A stretch of 64,000 nt of DNA from Octopus sinensis. Lineage: Eukaryota. The notes beneath the pieces were generated by a model. The model searched no databases, was not told the DNA's origin, and saw nothing but the letters and a program-made list of their open reading frames with translations. This document shows positions 39,116 through 51,975 of this stretch, one piece after another (positions within the stretch are counted from its first letter, which is position 1; the number at the start of each line of letters is the position of its first letter). The DNA lies in NCBI RefSeq assembly GCF_006345805.1, contig NC_043006.1, positions 21,638,001 through 21,702,000 on the forward strand, given 5' to 3'. The position numbers and the translations under genes are program-made.

Positions 39116-39828
39116 CTGTGTCTCTCTCTTCCTTCTACCATGTTTCTCCCTCCTACTACCGACAGGTGACCGGTGGTCATCCGTTTTTGTTTTTCTCTTT
39201 CTCATTTCCTTCTCATGCCGACAGCTGAGGCAGGTGGTCGTATTTTCTGTAGTCTCCCACTTCAACCTGTTTCAATCTCTGTTGTCGTTCTGTCTCCAGT
39301 CCTTCAGGATTTTCCTCTTCGCGTTATCCATACTTTCATTTCTGCCTGGCTCTAAGGCCGTATTTTGTTTATTTATTTCATCTTTGTCCCTCGTCCGACC
39401 ACTAATAGTATCGTTTTGAATTCCGTTTATTCATGTACATATGTCCACTTCTGTATTACATGTTTATGCATTTCTTGTTTGTTCGTTCACGTTTTTTTTC
39501 TTAAGTTTGGTCCCATTTCTCGGAAGCTTCTTGTTGCTGGCGCCACCATAAACGAACAAAATTATCGTTAGGTGCGAAATTGCGTTTGACCTTCTGATCG
39601 GTAACTGATGAGGAACTGGCGACCATCTGTGTCTGTATTCTGTTTGTTTGTGCATTTATTATGTTTTTTTTAAATTTATATATAGGTGCAGGCGTGGCTG
39701 TGTAGTAAGAAGTTTGCTTCTGTCACATTGTTCCAGGTTCAGTACCATTCCATGGCACCTTGGGCAAGTGTCTTCTATATTGTGGCGGCGAACTAAACCT
39801 TGTGTATGGATTTGGTAGACGAAAACTT

Positions 39829-39862
<34 letters not shown>

Positions 39863-40004
39863 GTGTCTGCGTTTGTCGGTATGTTTACGCCCACGAAACT
39901 GAGCGGTTTGAAAAAAAGCAGCCGATCGAATAAGTATCAGGCTTAGAATAAGTATTCGACTAATATCATTCAAGTAAAAGATAAAAGATGTAGTCATATA
40001 TAAG

Positions 40005-40060
<56 letters not shown>

Positions 40061-40062
<2 letters not shown>

Positions 40063-40305
40063 TTGTAAAAAAGAAGTTTGAAAATGCCACTATATTAGAT
40101 AAATTTTAATTTTTACATGTTTCGGTTCTTGAAATAACGAACCTTATCAAAAAGAATTTTTTTATAATAAAGAGTATAATGGAATAGTTCATAATTGTTT
40201 CATACATTCAATAGAGTCCATGCTATTTCGTTATTTCAAGAATCGAAACATGTAATATAAAATTTATCTAATATAGTGGCATTTTCAAACTTCTCTTTTA
40301 CAAAT
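40061..40305. mobile_element. MITE-like hairpin element in (TA)n
   Basis: About 80-bp inverted arms at 40061-40141 and 40227-40305. Confidence 0.75.
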
Positions 40306-40336
40306 ATATACCCACTCGTATACGATATAATCTTAT

Positions 40337-40377
<41 letters not shown>

Positions 40378-40543
40378 ATATATAATTATGTGAAATAGAA
40401 AGATGAATAATCTTGTAGTAGATTAATCAAAAGTTTAACCGATACCTTAGTAGCAAAAATCACAGCAGTGAACAGCACGGTTGGAGGTACAACCATCTGG
40501 CGTTGCAACCGTGCGTTGGTGCGGATAATTGAAATTAAAACAT

Positions 40544-40608
40544 TATTGGTGAATTGAAGAAATGGAGCTGAACGCAGAATCTGCGTTCAGCTCCATTTCT
40601 TCAATTCA

Positions 40609-40614
<6 letters not shown>
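40544..40614. repeat. Perfect 35-bp-arm palindrome with 1-nt spacer
   Basis: TATTGGTGAATTGAAGAAATGGAGCTGAACGCAGA-A-TCTGCGTTCAGCTCCATTTCTTCAATTCACCAATA. Confidence 0.95.
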
Positions 40615-40650
<36 letters not shown>

Positions 40651-40681
40651 CATACATATATATATATATAGACATATATAT

Positions 40682-40721
<40 letters not shown>

Positions 40722-40725
<4 letters not shown>

Positions 40726-40910
40726 TAATCCAAACACGAAAGCACAAAAAACACAACAACGCGAGGACGTGGAACAAATATAGTATTATTGGACGCTCAG
40801 GAAAGAAGGAAAGAAGGAGGGTTTAACGTTTCGAGCGGAGCTCTTCGTCGGAAACATAGGAGAAGGAAAGATCCAGATAAGGGAAGACAGAGGAAAAAAA
40901 ATCGCCAACG
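40722..40910 (-). mobile_element. Second copy of the hammerhead-bearing PLE-type element
   Basis: Homolog of 14321-14540. The core here reads CCGACGA (40821-40855). Confidence 0.75.
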
Positions 40911-40920
40911 ATATATATAT

Positions 40921-40990
<70 letters not shown>

Positions 40991-41011
40991 TATTATATAA
41001 TATATATTATA

Positions 41012-41049
<38 letters not shown>

Positions 41050-41053
41050 TATG

Positions 41054-41093
<40 letters not shown>

Positions 41094-41099
41094 ATATAC

Positions 41100-41131
<32 letters not shown>

Positions 41132-41191
41132 TATGTATATATATATATATAATATATATATATACATATATATATATATATGTATATATAT

Positions 41192-41240
<49 letters not shown>

Positions 41241-41499
41241 CATACATATTATATATATATATATATGCATATGAATTAGCGTGTGATTGCTCATATGTAT
41301 GTATGTGTGGTGTGTGTGTGTGAATACATACTCATGCTTCTATATATACAAATATGCGTGCGTGTTTATATATGTTTGTATATAATTAATTGCAAACATG
41401 TGCACATCCCCTGCTGATGCCCATACGCATGCATACACAAACACATATGCCAACATAACTATGCATGTGTGTGTTGTGTATATGTATTCACACACACAT

Positions 41500-41556
<57 letters not shown>

Positions 41557-41665
41557 AGTAGTTGAATGAATTATCTTGTTATGGATAATTCGGTTAACCG
41601 ATACCTGGGTAGCAAATTCACATCAGAGAAGATGTCGTTCAACTCCATTCTTTCATATATTTATA

Positions 41666-41736
<71 letters not shown>

Positions 41737-42176
41737 ATAGTTCAAATCAACACTTGTTCTTCAATGAACTAAGCAAAAATATTTAGTTAACCTAACGGAC
41801 AATACCAATAGTCCTAACCGACCCATCCAAAAAGAATTTTTTGCTCTGCTCTCCCCTCCTAAAACAAATTCCGAATATCCGACGTAAAACGAATATTCAC
41901 TCCACAAATCACAAAAAGAGCCCTGAGTACAACACATACACGAACGCACTCACACATGCCTGCACGTATACAAACACACACACTTTCTTTAATTAATCTG
42001 AGACTTCTACAAGCGACATCAAAATTACCCAATCATAAAATACAAATTACTCCGTGCATTATGGTCTCTAGTTAGTTCTACGCTTAAATTCACTCGCAAA
42101 AAATTCCCTAATCATGACCGAAAATCAATACATGTAATCGCATTACGATTTTTATAAAAATGTGAATAACACACCA

Positions 42177-42351
42177 GGCGCAGGAATAGCTATGTGGTAA
42201 GTAGCTTGCTTACGAACCACATGGTTCCGGGTTCAGTCCCACTGCGTGGCATCTTGGGCAAGTGTCTTCTGCTATAGCCCCGGGCCGACCAATGCCTTGT
42301 GAGTGGATTTGGTAGGTAGACGGAAACTGAAAGAGGCCTGTCGTATATATG

Positions 42352-42398
<47 letters not shown>

Positions 42399-42619
42399 GT
42401 GTGTGTGTCTGTGTTTGTCCCCCTAGCATTGCTTGACAACTGATGCTGGTGTGTTTACGTCCCCGTAACTTAGCAGTTCGGCTAAAGAGACAGATAGAAT
42501 AAGTACTGGACTTACAAAAAAATAAGTCCCGGGGTCGATTTGCTCGACTAAAGGCGGTGCTCCAGCATGGCCGCAGTCAAATGACTGAAACAAGTAAAAG
42601 AGTAAAGAGTAAAGAGAGT
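42177..42619 (+). mobile_element. SINE, family B
   Basis: Full-length homolog. Confidence 0.9.
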
Positions 42620-42803
42620 AACACACCATAATAATAATAATCGAAATAACAAATTCAAATCACTATTTACTCATCAACAAACCCAGGGGAATTAAGTAGT
42701 ACGTCTCAAAAAACAAAAGCTAGAGCAATATTACAGCTAATCAGCAAACGTAAAAAGGAAACCAATAAACAAAATGAGCACATGATCACATCCACAACAA
42801 CGA

Positions 42804-42849
<46 letters not shown>

Positions 42850-43039
42850 GATCCACGCGCTCTTCTCGACCGGGCCCGTCGCTCCACGTAAAGCGCAGGC
42901 ACGGCTAACCGACGGAGACGGGCAAACGCACCTCGCCCTTAGCACGGAATAAATATATATTTCTATATTTTTTTCATTTTCTCAATTCATTAAAATTTTC
43001 TTTCAATCGAGCATTCTGCATTCTTACAATTTTTCATTG

Positions 43040-43098
<59 letters not shown>

Positions 43099-43769
43099 TA
43101 GCATCAAACCGAGTTCTAAGAGTTCTCACCTAAAGATCGTTGTGACGTGAAACACGAGTCGCGATATATACATTCAACTTCGTCAAACATATATATATAC
43201 TCTGCAACATTTATTGAACACCCCTCTCTCATTCACGTCACACAATTCCACGTTCGTATATACCCACACGTACACACATATATACAAACACACGGGCACT
43301 ACCACACACACACACATAAACAAATTACATGATTTAAAACATGCGCCTCAGTACGCACGCAGCTGTCCTCAACCAAACAAATTCCTACAGTCATTTTCTA
43401 TTAATTATAGTCGAATTTATTTACTTCCACACACGTTATTATTCATATATCCACTCATATTTCCACCCGCCCCCGCACCTACTAAATCAGAACCATCCAC
43501 ATAACAATTCACTCCGACACCATATTGTATTTGCCTGCGGCCTTTTAATCAGCTTTCATTCTTATTGTTACTTAATAACACTTCGTTAGATATTCAGCCA
43601 CTCACTCGCCCACTAAAATATTTGCTTTCCTCACCTCATAGCTTTACATCCACAACACCAAACGAAAGCAACAATACGCACGTATATCACCCCAATAAAC
43701 CACCACTATCCATTCGAGTCTCAAACTAATCACTAAATCATCCTTCACCCCCTCTCTCTCTCTTTCTCT

Positions 43770-43810
<41 letters not shown>

Positions 43811-45446
43811 ATATGATCACTACTCTCTTAATTCCTCGGATTAGAAACTCACAAAAGTATTCACTTCATCTGAAGAATTGCAAGATGAAACACACAGTAC
43901 TGGTACGTAACTGATCTTTCCTACTTCCGGGAAAATATATTGCTTTAAACAAATGTTGAGTTCTTTATTTGTAGTGTTATATGAGCACAACACTCAAAGT
44001 TTCATATACATTCATACTCATACACACACAGACACACACACAAACATGCATAAACTGTGTGTATGTGTGTGTTTGGGGGAGTGTAAGGGGATCTTTACAG
44101 TCCTCAGAGCGTCGGAAAAGATTGCATACAGTACTAGTTTTGTCTCCCTTTGTGTTCAAATCCTGCCGAGATCATCTTTACCTTCCAGATTTTGAAATCG
44201 ATAATTAAAATACCAGTCAAGTACTGGGGTAGATTCTTCCCCTCCCCCTGTTTATCTGTCTGTCTCTCTCTCATACACACACACACGGAGAACCATTTCT
44301 TTCTAGAAAAAGTCAACTTTATTCAAACCTGAAGAGCTTATAAGCTCTGCCAGTAAAATAAAATAACCAAGACACCCTTATGTCACAACAGAGCCCCAAA
44401 GACTCCATCAGAAATTAAAGACCTCACCACTGCCAGCAACGTGTGTGTGTGTGTGCGTGTGTGTGTGTGAGTGTATGTGTGTGTGTGTGAGAGAGAGTGT
44501 GTGTGTGTATTTGTGCGTGTGAGAGAGAGAGAACGAAGCAATGTAGATTTAAATGAGTAGTAGATACACGTTTGTATGTATGATTTTCTGTGACAGTGCA
44601 TTTGGGTTACTCTCTATGATTCTGTGATTCTTGTGTGTGGATGTGGAGGTGAATAAGAATGCAGTTATGAAGGACTGGCAGATGCGCGCGTTTTGTGCGT
44701 GTAATTGTATTTGGATTTCTGTGTGTGATTCTGCATGTGTGTGTGTGTGTGTATGTTTAATCCTATTGTGCCACAAGCATAACTTGGTAAAGGAAGAATC
44801 AGCCAAATTATCTGGAAATAAATCAGAATCTGAAGAAAGAAATCCGCTTATCTTTCCAACTAAGAATAGCAAAAGTATTCCTTTCACTACAGTACTGATG
44901 TTGTTGTCATGCACTAATTAATAAGTAATGATGGTTCCTATGTTAGTGAGTTCCTGTGGCTAAAATATATAAATTGATTAATTATTCAATTAAAAAGAAA
45001 AAAGAAAAACAAAATTTGAGAAGAGAATCTTAATACGAAAAAAATTCCATTAAATTCTTTATGAAACGCACTGACAAATTTAATATGCTCTAAAATCCAT
45101 ATTTTGTATTAATGATGATCGCTGTACTAAGTTTAATCGTGTTTTTGGTTTAATCATGTCCATAGCCTGTGATGGTGCGTATTCTGGTGGTTATGATGTT
45201 GCTCTGATGGTCGCATGTTCGATTCCCGGACCGGGTGGTGTGTTGTGCTCTTGAACAAAACAGTTCATTTTACGTTGCTCTAGTGCTGAGGGAATAGATC
45301 CAACGTTTCTTCTGCATGTCACAAAAGGTGAGGTAGTTTTTGAACTCCTTCCTCGTAAAACACCCCCCAGCAGCGACTAACTAGTTGGTCTCCTGGGTTG
45401 TAGGGTTGTCGCCTGAGTGCAGAGAAATCATCAACCAGGAGTTGAT

Positions 45447-45825
45447 TTACCCACATGGCTCTGGGTTCAGTCCCCCTGCGTGGTACCTTGGGCAAGTGTC
45501 TTCTACTATAGCCTCGGGCCGACCAAAGCCTTGTGAGTGGATTTCGTAGACGGAAACTGAAAGAAGCCCATCATATATATGTATATATATATATGCGTGT
45601 GTGTGTTTGTGTGAGTGTGTTTGTCCCCCTAGCATTGCTTGACAACCGATGCTGGTGTGTTTATGTCCCCGTTACTTAGCGGTTCGGCAAAAGAGACCGA
45701 TAGAATAAGTACTGGGCTTACAAAAAGAATAAGTCCCGGGGTTGAGTTGCTCGATTAAAGGCGGTGCTCCAGCATGGCCGCAGTCAAATGACTGAAACAA
45801 GTAAACGAGAGAAAAGAAAGAGAGT
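45447..45825 (+). mobile_element. 5'-truncated SINE, family B
   Basis: Body and tail homology. Confidence 0.88.
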
Positions 45826-46289
45826 TTTGTTATTTTGAAAGCTTATTCTACTGTCGAAATTGTAAGTGTTCTTTGCAGTTGTTCCTGGAATGCAATATCT
45901 TTAACGAAATATGCAGCATTTCGGAGACATTTATAGAAAGTTTTAAACGCCGATGCTGACTGAGCCTTACATATGTTTCCATGTTTTGTCCGTGGGGTTT
46001 TGTGACCCGCGTGTCAGTCCCTATACAGAGATGTTTTCGTACGCATACACACTGTGTGTGTATGTGTGTGTGTGTGTGTGTGTGCATGCGAGCGCGCACT
46101 CCGTCGTGGTCACGGTCCAATGAACAAAAAACATTAAAAGAATAGAAAATTTTCATCATCATCAGATGGATTTCGAATCCAGCCGAATTCAACTTTGCCC
46201 TCCATCCCAATGGAATTTCTTCTCCATAATACTGCTCAATGGAATGGAATTTTTTCTCCATAATACTGCTGGCCTTATGTTAAAATCAA

Positions 46290-46290
46290 A

Positions 46291-46371
<81 letters not shown>

Positions 46372-46385
46372 CATTATTATTTATA
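46290..46385. repeat. (ATT)n = (TAA)n microsatellite
   Basis: Direct inspection. Confidence 0.95.
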
Positions 46386-46399
46386 TATTTATTTATTAT

Positions 46400-48415
46400 C
46401 ATATGAAGACTCACAGCTTATTTTGCTGGGTATGATGGAAAGCGTCTGCTGTCCACAGCCAGCAGACTATGGTGACACTTGTTTACTGGTCATGCTTCAA
46501 ACCCTGCGAAGAATTCTTGCAGTTCCAAGCAATGCTGATTTTTGTAGCTGTTCTTCATTTACACTTGCACCAATCTTTTTCAGCCATGTTGGTAGTTGAG
46601 TGCTGATACTTACAAGTACACCAATTACTTTTGGTATCACGTCCACTTTCTTCATTAACCACAACATTCGTATTTCCCGCTTCAAATCATCATAGTTGTT
46701 TATTTTTTTTCTTCTTTCACATTGATTTTGTTGTCACCGGGGCATGTTATGTCAATTATCATACATGTTCTTTCTTTTCTTATTCACCACAACAATGTCC
46801 GGTCTCCGATGTCTAGTCGGGTGATCACACTGGATCATTGCATCCCACAGAATTTTGCAATTCTCATTTTCGGTGAAACCTGGAGTTTTTTCATACCACG
46901 TCTTTGCTCTTTCTATGCCATGATTTTCACAGAGCTCCCAATAGATCCTTCTTGCTACATTGTCATGATGTCTTTTGTTATCGAGTTGCGCCAATTTCGA
47001 GCATTCGCTAGCGATGTGCCATTCTATTTCACCCCTCTCACCACATATTCTGCATTTGTTGCTATCGGTAGTGCTGTCTATTCTGAACTTCATACAGTTG
47101 GTCCTTAACGCTTGTTCCTGAGCTACGCATACGAGCGAGTGCTTTTGTCTCTATCTTCAGGTCACTCCTCCTCAATCATAGCCACCGGTCCTCTACATCT
47201 GTCTTAACGTTCACATCTCTTGCAAACTGACCGTACATTTTCTTTTCCTTCCATGCTTTTTTTTGTTTTGCTCATTTCTTGTTTAAATTTTTCTTTCGCT
47301 ACACAATTTTCAGTTTTGATGACGCCGGCCTTCTTCGTGTGTTTCAACAGTGGCACAATGGCATATTTTCATATACCATCCTAAGCTCTTTTCCTCTGCT
47401 TCGCTACACTCCTGGCAACTGATCAAACCTCTTCCACCCTCTCTTCTGGACAAGTACAGTCTATCGGTGTCACTCTGTTCTTGGTATCCATTTCTTCGCT
47501 TCTCTCTTTTGCCATTTTATAATTCCCGCTCCGTACTGCAGTGATGCTATCGCCCACGTATTAACTGCTTGGATTTTATTCCCAGTCAATTTTGAGCGAA
47601 ATACCAACCTCAGTCTTCGGAAATACTCCATCTCTTCAGGAAACATGTTAAATTCCTTGCAATTCCAAATGGATATAAGTACTCGATGATCCACGAATGT
47701 GGAATCATATCATAAGCTTTACGATAATCAATCCATGCCATTCCCATATTTATTCTCCTTCGTTTACAATCTTGTATTACCATTTTGCGTATCAATAGTT
47801 GATCTTTGGTACCTCTGCATTTCCTTCTACAGCCTTTTTTGTTCCGTCGGTAATATATAGTTCTCATCAAGAAATTTATATAGTTATTCAGCAATTCTTC
47901 CTGACAGTAACTTCCACATTAATGAGGGACAGGAAATTGCTCTGTAATTGTCAGCAGCATTTTCCTTTGCTACATCCTTCAAGCACAATACCGTTCGTCC
48001 TTTTGTCAACCAGCCTAGGATTTCCACTCCGTTGATCAATTTATCTAAATTGCTCTGCAATCAATTTATGGCAACTACTAAAAATTTTTATCCAAAATCC
48101 ATGTACACCATCAGGTCCTACTGCTTTCTAATTGCTTATCTTTTTACTCATATTTTTAATAATGTCTTCTGTGAAGTGGATAGCCTCTTGCTGGGGATAA
48201 CAAGTTGTTTGCCTCAATTTGCAGAGCCATTCGGCTGTAGTATTGTGTTGTTCTTGCTTACTCAATATCTTACCCCAGAAAAGTCGACTTTCATCAGCAT
48301 CAGGGACTAATCTTTCACGTTTCTTATCATAAAAATTTCTTTGGTCGGTTTTAAACAATCCGTTTTGCCAGTATTGCTTAATCTGTAGTTCAAACCTAGT
48401 TAGCTTAGGATGTGT
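46400..48415 (-). mobile_element. Dong/R4-clade (RLE) non-LTR retrotransposon, degraded and internally deleted
   Basis: RT start (KAVGPDG...NYRAI; [16 protein letters not shown]...[10 protein letters not shown]), zinc knuckle KCRICG...HIASEC, RHHDNVAR, RPDIVVV endonuclease, C-terminal QKSALLGTARILR. Confidence 0.9.
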
Positions 48416-48554
48416 GCGGTGCCTAGTAGTGCTATCTTCTGTATGTTATCTATACTTGTTAGCCCTGGTGTTTTTTATTATGTAATTGTCTGAATAATTT
48501 TCATCATACGTAATGCACCTACTATAATAGGAATCGTTTGTTTTTAGACTCCAC
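48416..48554 (-). mobile_element. Dong/R4 3' ORF fragment (second copy)
   Basis: TIPIIVGAL...IQKIALLGTAHIL. Confidence 0.8.
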
Positions 48555-48603
<49 letters not shown>

Positions 48604-49048
48604 CATTCTATGTTTGGCTTTTGCTTTATGTCTGTACAAGTTGGCTCCAAGCCTCACCCAGAGACCTCAAGAAACAACAGGTTGGAAGTTCATGTCAGTG
48701 TTATGCCTAGGGTGCCATATATTTGGGGGAGGGGTTGGTGTTGTACTAGTGAATGTCCAAAAAGAAACGAAAATTATGTTTGTTTTAAACTCTGAGATTA
48801 CATAGAAAGTATTTTGCGTAGGATATGAGCAGTTCCCATTAGCACTATCTTTTGAATTTCTGCCATTTTGAGGTTTCCTGGTATCTGAGTTAGGTAGCAA
48901 TCAGCCCCTTTTGCTATCATTCCCAGGGCACCTATGACAACAGGTATTGTTTTAGTTTTCAGGTTCCACATTTTGCTGATTTCTATTTCAAGATCTTTAT
49001 ATTTGCTCAGTTTTTGGTAGGTCTTGACAGATACGTTTATATCGATTA
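48604..49048 (-). mobile_element. Dong/R4 5'-truncated copy with 3' UTR (third copy)
   Basis: KLSKYKDLEIEISKMWNLKTKTIPVVIGALG...GTAHILRKILSM; flanked by (TAA)n and (TGA)n/(TAA)n. Confidence 0.88.
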
Positions 49049-49062
49049 TCATTATTATTATT

Positions 49063-49118
<56 letters not shown>

Positions 49119-49396
49119 TATTATTATTATATTATTATTATTATTATTATTATTTAAGGTGACGAGGTGGCAGAATCGTTAGCCAGCCGGACAAAATACT
49201 TTGCTGCATCCTGAGTTTTGAGTTCAAATTTCACCGAGGCCGATTTACCTTTCATTCTTTAGGGTTTGATAAAATAAATACCAGTCGAGTACTTGGGTCG
49301 TGTGAATGATTCACCACTCCCTTCAAAAATAATGACCTTATGTCAAAATTAGAAAGAGTTATTGCTACTTTTTCTGTTATTAATGTTTATCCTACT

Positions 49397-49439
<43 letters not shown>

Positions 49440-50031
49440 GGGATGATGATGATGATGATGAGAATACTGTTAGCGTCATCGTCGTTGCCATATAGTACAT
49501 GTTTTAATCTGGCTTCTGTAATGAACCTTGAAAAGTCTCACCATATATAATGTTATGCATTAATGTAGAATTGCAATAAAAATTGAAGTATTCAAATCAA
49601 GAGATAAACACGCATTATCCTGAGGAACTTCGTCCCACATAATTTGTTCACGGCTGGTGATATAAAACTTCGCGCGTTTCGATAACTGCTGTTCTTACTC
49701 TATAATAAGCAACACCTAAAGGTGTCTTGCCATCACTTTGAAGAGACGATGAAGTAAAATCATCATAAAATAATATAAGTACAGTGACGGAAGTTTTTAG
49801 TAGACATCTGATCAATGAATTAGATTGTGGTGGAGACAGCTATGCATTGTGACAGTTATAGCTACTTCACAACTAAGAGTGTATTATAAATGCATGTATA
49901 CATGTTCGTGAAATGGTAAGCAATATGCGTGTGTGTGTATATATATGTGTGTGTTTGTATGTATATATATGTATGTATATGTATGTATATATATATGTAT
50001 GTTTGTATGTATGTATAATATATATATAATA

Positions 50032-51661
50032 CTAGCAATGCACCCCGGCGTTGCTCGGGTGTTATGACCTACAACCACATGTATTATTTGTTTCTTTCTT
50101 ATGGGTAGAATCGGCACGCGAGGAATATCGAGCAAACAACTCTTCTTTATAACCATATTTTTCGGTCATTTTCTGATTAACAATGCTGAAATTTTTGACA
50201 CCAAAAACATGTACAATGGCAGCTTAGATTAGAAGGAAATCCTAACATTGCTCCCAAAATTATCTCAAAATTGTGCGACTCTGCCTCATTTTGGTGTTAA
50301 TTTTTGTAGCAAAATAGGTTTGCTGTGCAAAAAAGTAACCTTATGCTGGTAACCGAAGAATTTCTCAAAAGGATCGCTCAATCTTTTCATATCTTATACA
50401 ACAATATCAGCAACTCAGTTTCATGGCTATAAATTGGGTAACGTAGAAGCTGAAATAGTTTTTACTTGTCTCATAGAATTTGCTGATAACTGTGAACAAC
50501 ACATAAACATTAGCTTCCCCAAAGAAGACGCCATGTTAAAAGTATCATGGTTTTCTGCAAGCATATTTGGTATCAGTTCATAATAATGTTGAAGCCAATA
50601 GAATGAAAAAGGGACTTTGGGGCTGTGTGTATACGTACATATATAAGCATATGAGTAAACAGGGTTAGTGGTGTGGGCAGTTTGGCATAAATGTATAGGA
50701 ATGCTATGCTTCTTGAAAATAAATAGGTAATTCTAGTATGCAGAGGTGGGGCAGTAGTAATGGAACGAGGTATGGTTTCGTGGCTGATGAATGGTGAATG
50801 CCTAAGAAATTAAGTAAAGTATATTAATAAGCTGCATGAGAAAGGACTTTGTTTTGATTTTCAGTGCAAACATGTAAAAGTAAGCAATCGAGACTCAGGG
50901 AGTGTAAAGAAATTGATGCCGAATGGGGACGTACAGGTATCCGTATTCCAGAAGGTAAGGGTCATGGAAAGAAAGTTGCTTCATTGTGAAAAGTGCCATC
51001 TCTGTGATGTTTGGGCAAACTGCACGCTTCAGCAAATATTCAGTGAAGCCGACAATACTTCTGGGTAAACAATGTTTAGCGTGTAGAAAGGATTTGTACC
51101 CCACCCTATTTTTTACAAAATTTCTTCCCATTTCTATGTTTTCGACATGGGAGATTAGGATTTCAAAATCTTAATTTGCCCCTCCCCATCCTATTTTTTA
51201 CTTTTCAACTTTTGTCGAATTTATATTTTTTATTTTTGTAATCCACGTAGAAAATACAGAGATAACGAAAATTCGAAAACAAGATAAAAATTAAGAAATT
51301 CAGGTTTTTGGTCATTTTCTGTTGACAAATAAGGTTTTGTGTAATACAAATGCACTTATAACATTTCTTGTACATTGCTGCATTTTTTGACACCAAAAAC
51401 ATTAAAATTGGCAACGTAAATTAGGAGCAAATCAAAATATACCCGAACATGACCCCAAAATTCGGCAACCCGACATCGTTTTCAAGGTTATTCTTGTTGT
51501 AAAAAAGAGTTGTGCAAAACACATATTTTATTTGGTAGCGGAAAGATTATTGAATCTTTTGATATTTCATACATCAAAACCGGCAACTCGGTTTTCGAAT
51601 CAATGAGGAGCATGCGTGCTACACACGGACACAAACTCAAACTCCGTTTTATAGATATAGA
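50032..51661 (-). mobile_element. Non-autonomous Helitron-like element
   Basis: Minus strand starts A|TCTATATCTATAAAA (51661) and ends with the GC-rich hairpin CCCGAGCAACGCCGGG about 8 nt before CTAG|T (50032). Confidence 0.65.
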
Positions 51662-51669
51662 TATTTATC

Positions 51670-51732
51670 TAATATATATATATATACATATATATCTACA
51701 TATATATATACATATAATATATATACATATAC

Positions 51733-51780
<48 letters not shown>

Positions 51781-51975
51781 ATACATATATATAACATATA
51801 TATATACATATACATATATATATACATATATATATATACATATACATATATATATATTACATATATATATATACATATATATATATATACATATATATAC
51901 ATATATATATACATATATATACATATATATACATATATATATACATATATATATATACATATATATATATACATT
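51670..51975. repeat. (TA)n/(TACA)n tract
   Basis: Direct inspection. Confidence 0.95.

Noticed and set aside
45290-45450. CTTCTGCATGTC...GCGACTAA resembling RTE 5'-UTR HDV-like ribozymes
   Set aside because: Too degenerate; P1, P2 and P3 could not be assembled.
50785-50825. CTGATGAA...GAAATT hammerhead-like spacing on the plus strand
   Set aside because: No valid helix III, cleavage triplet or helix I.
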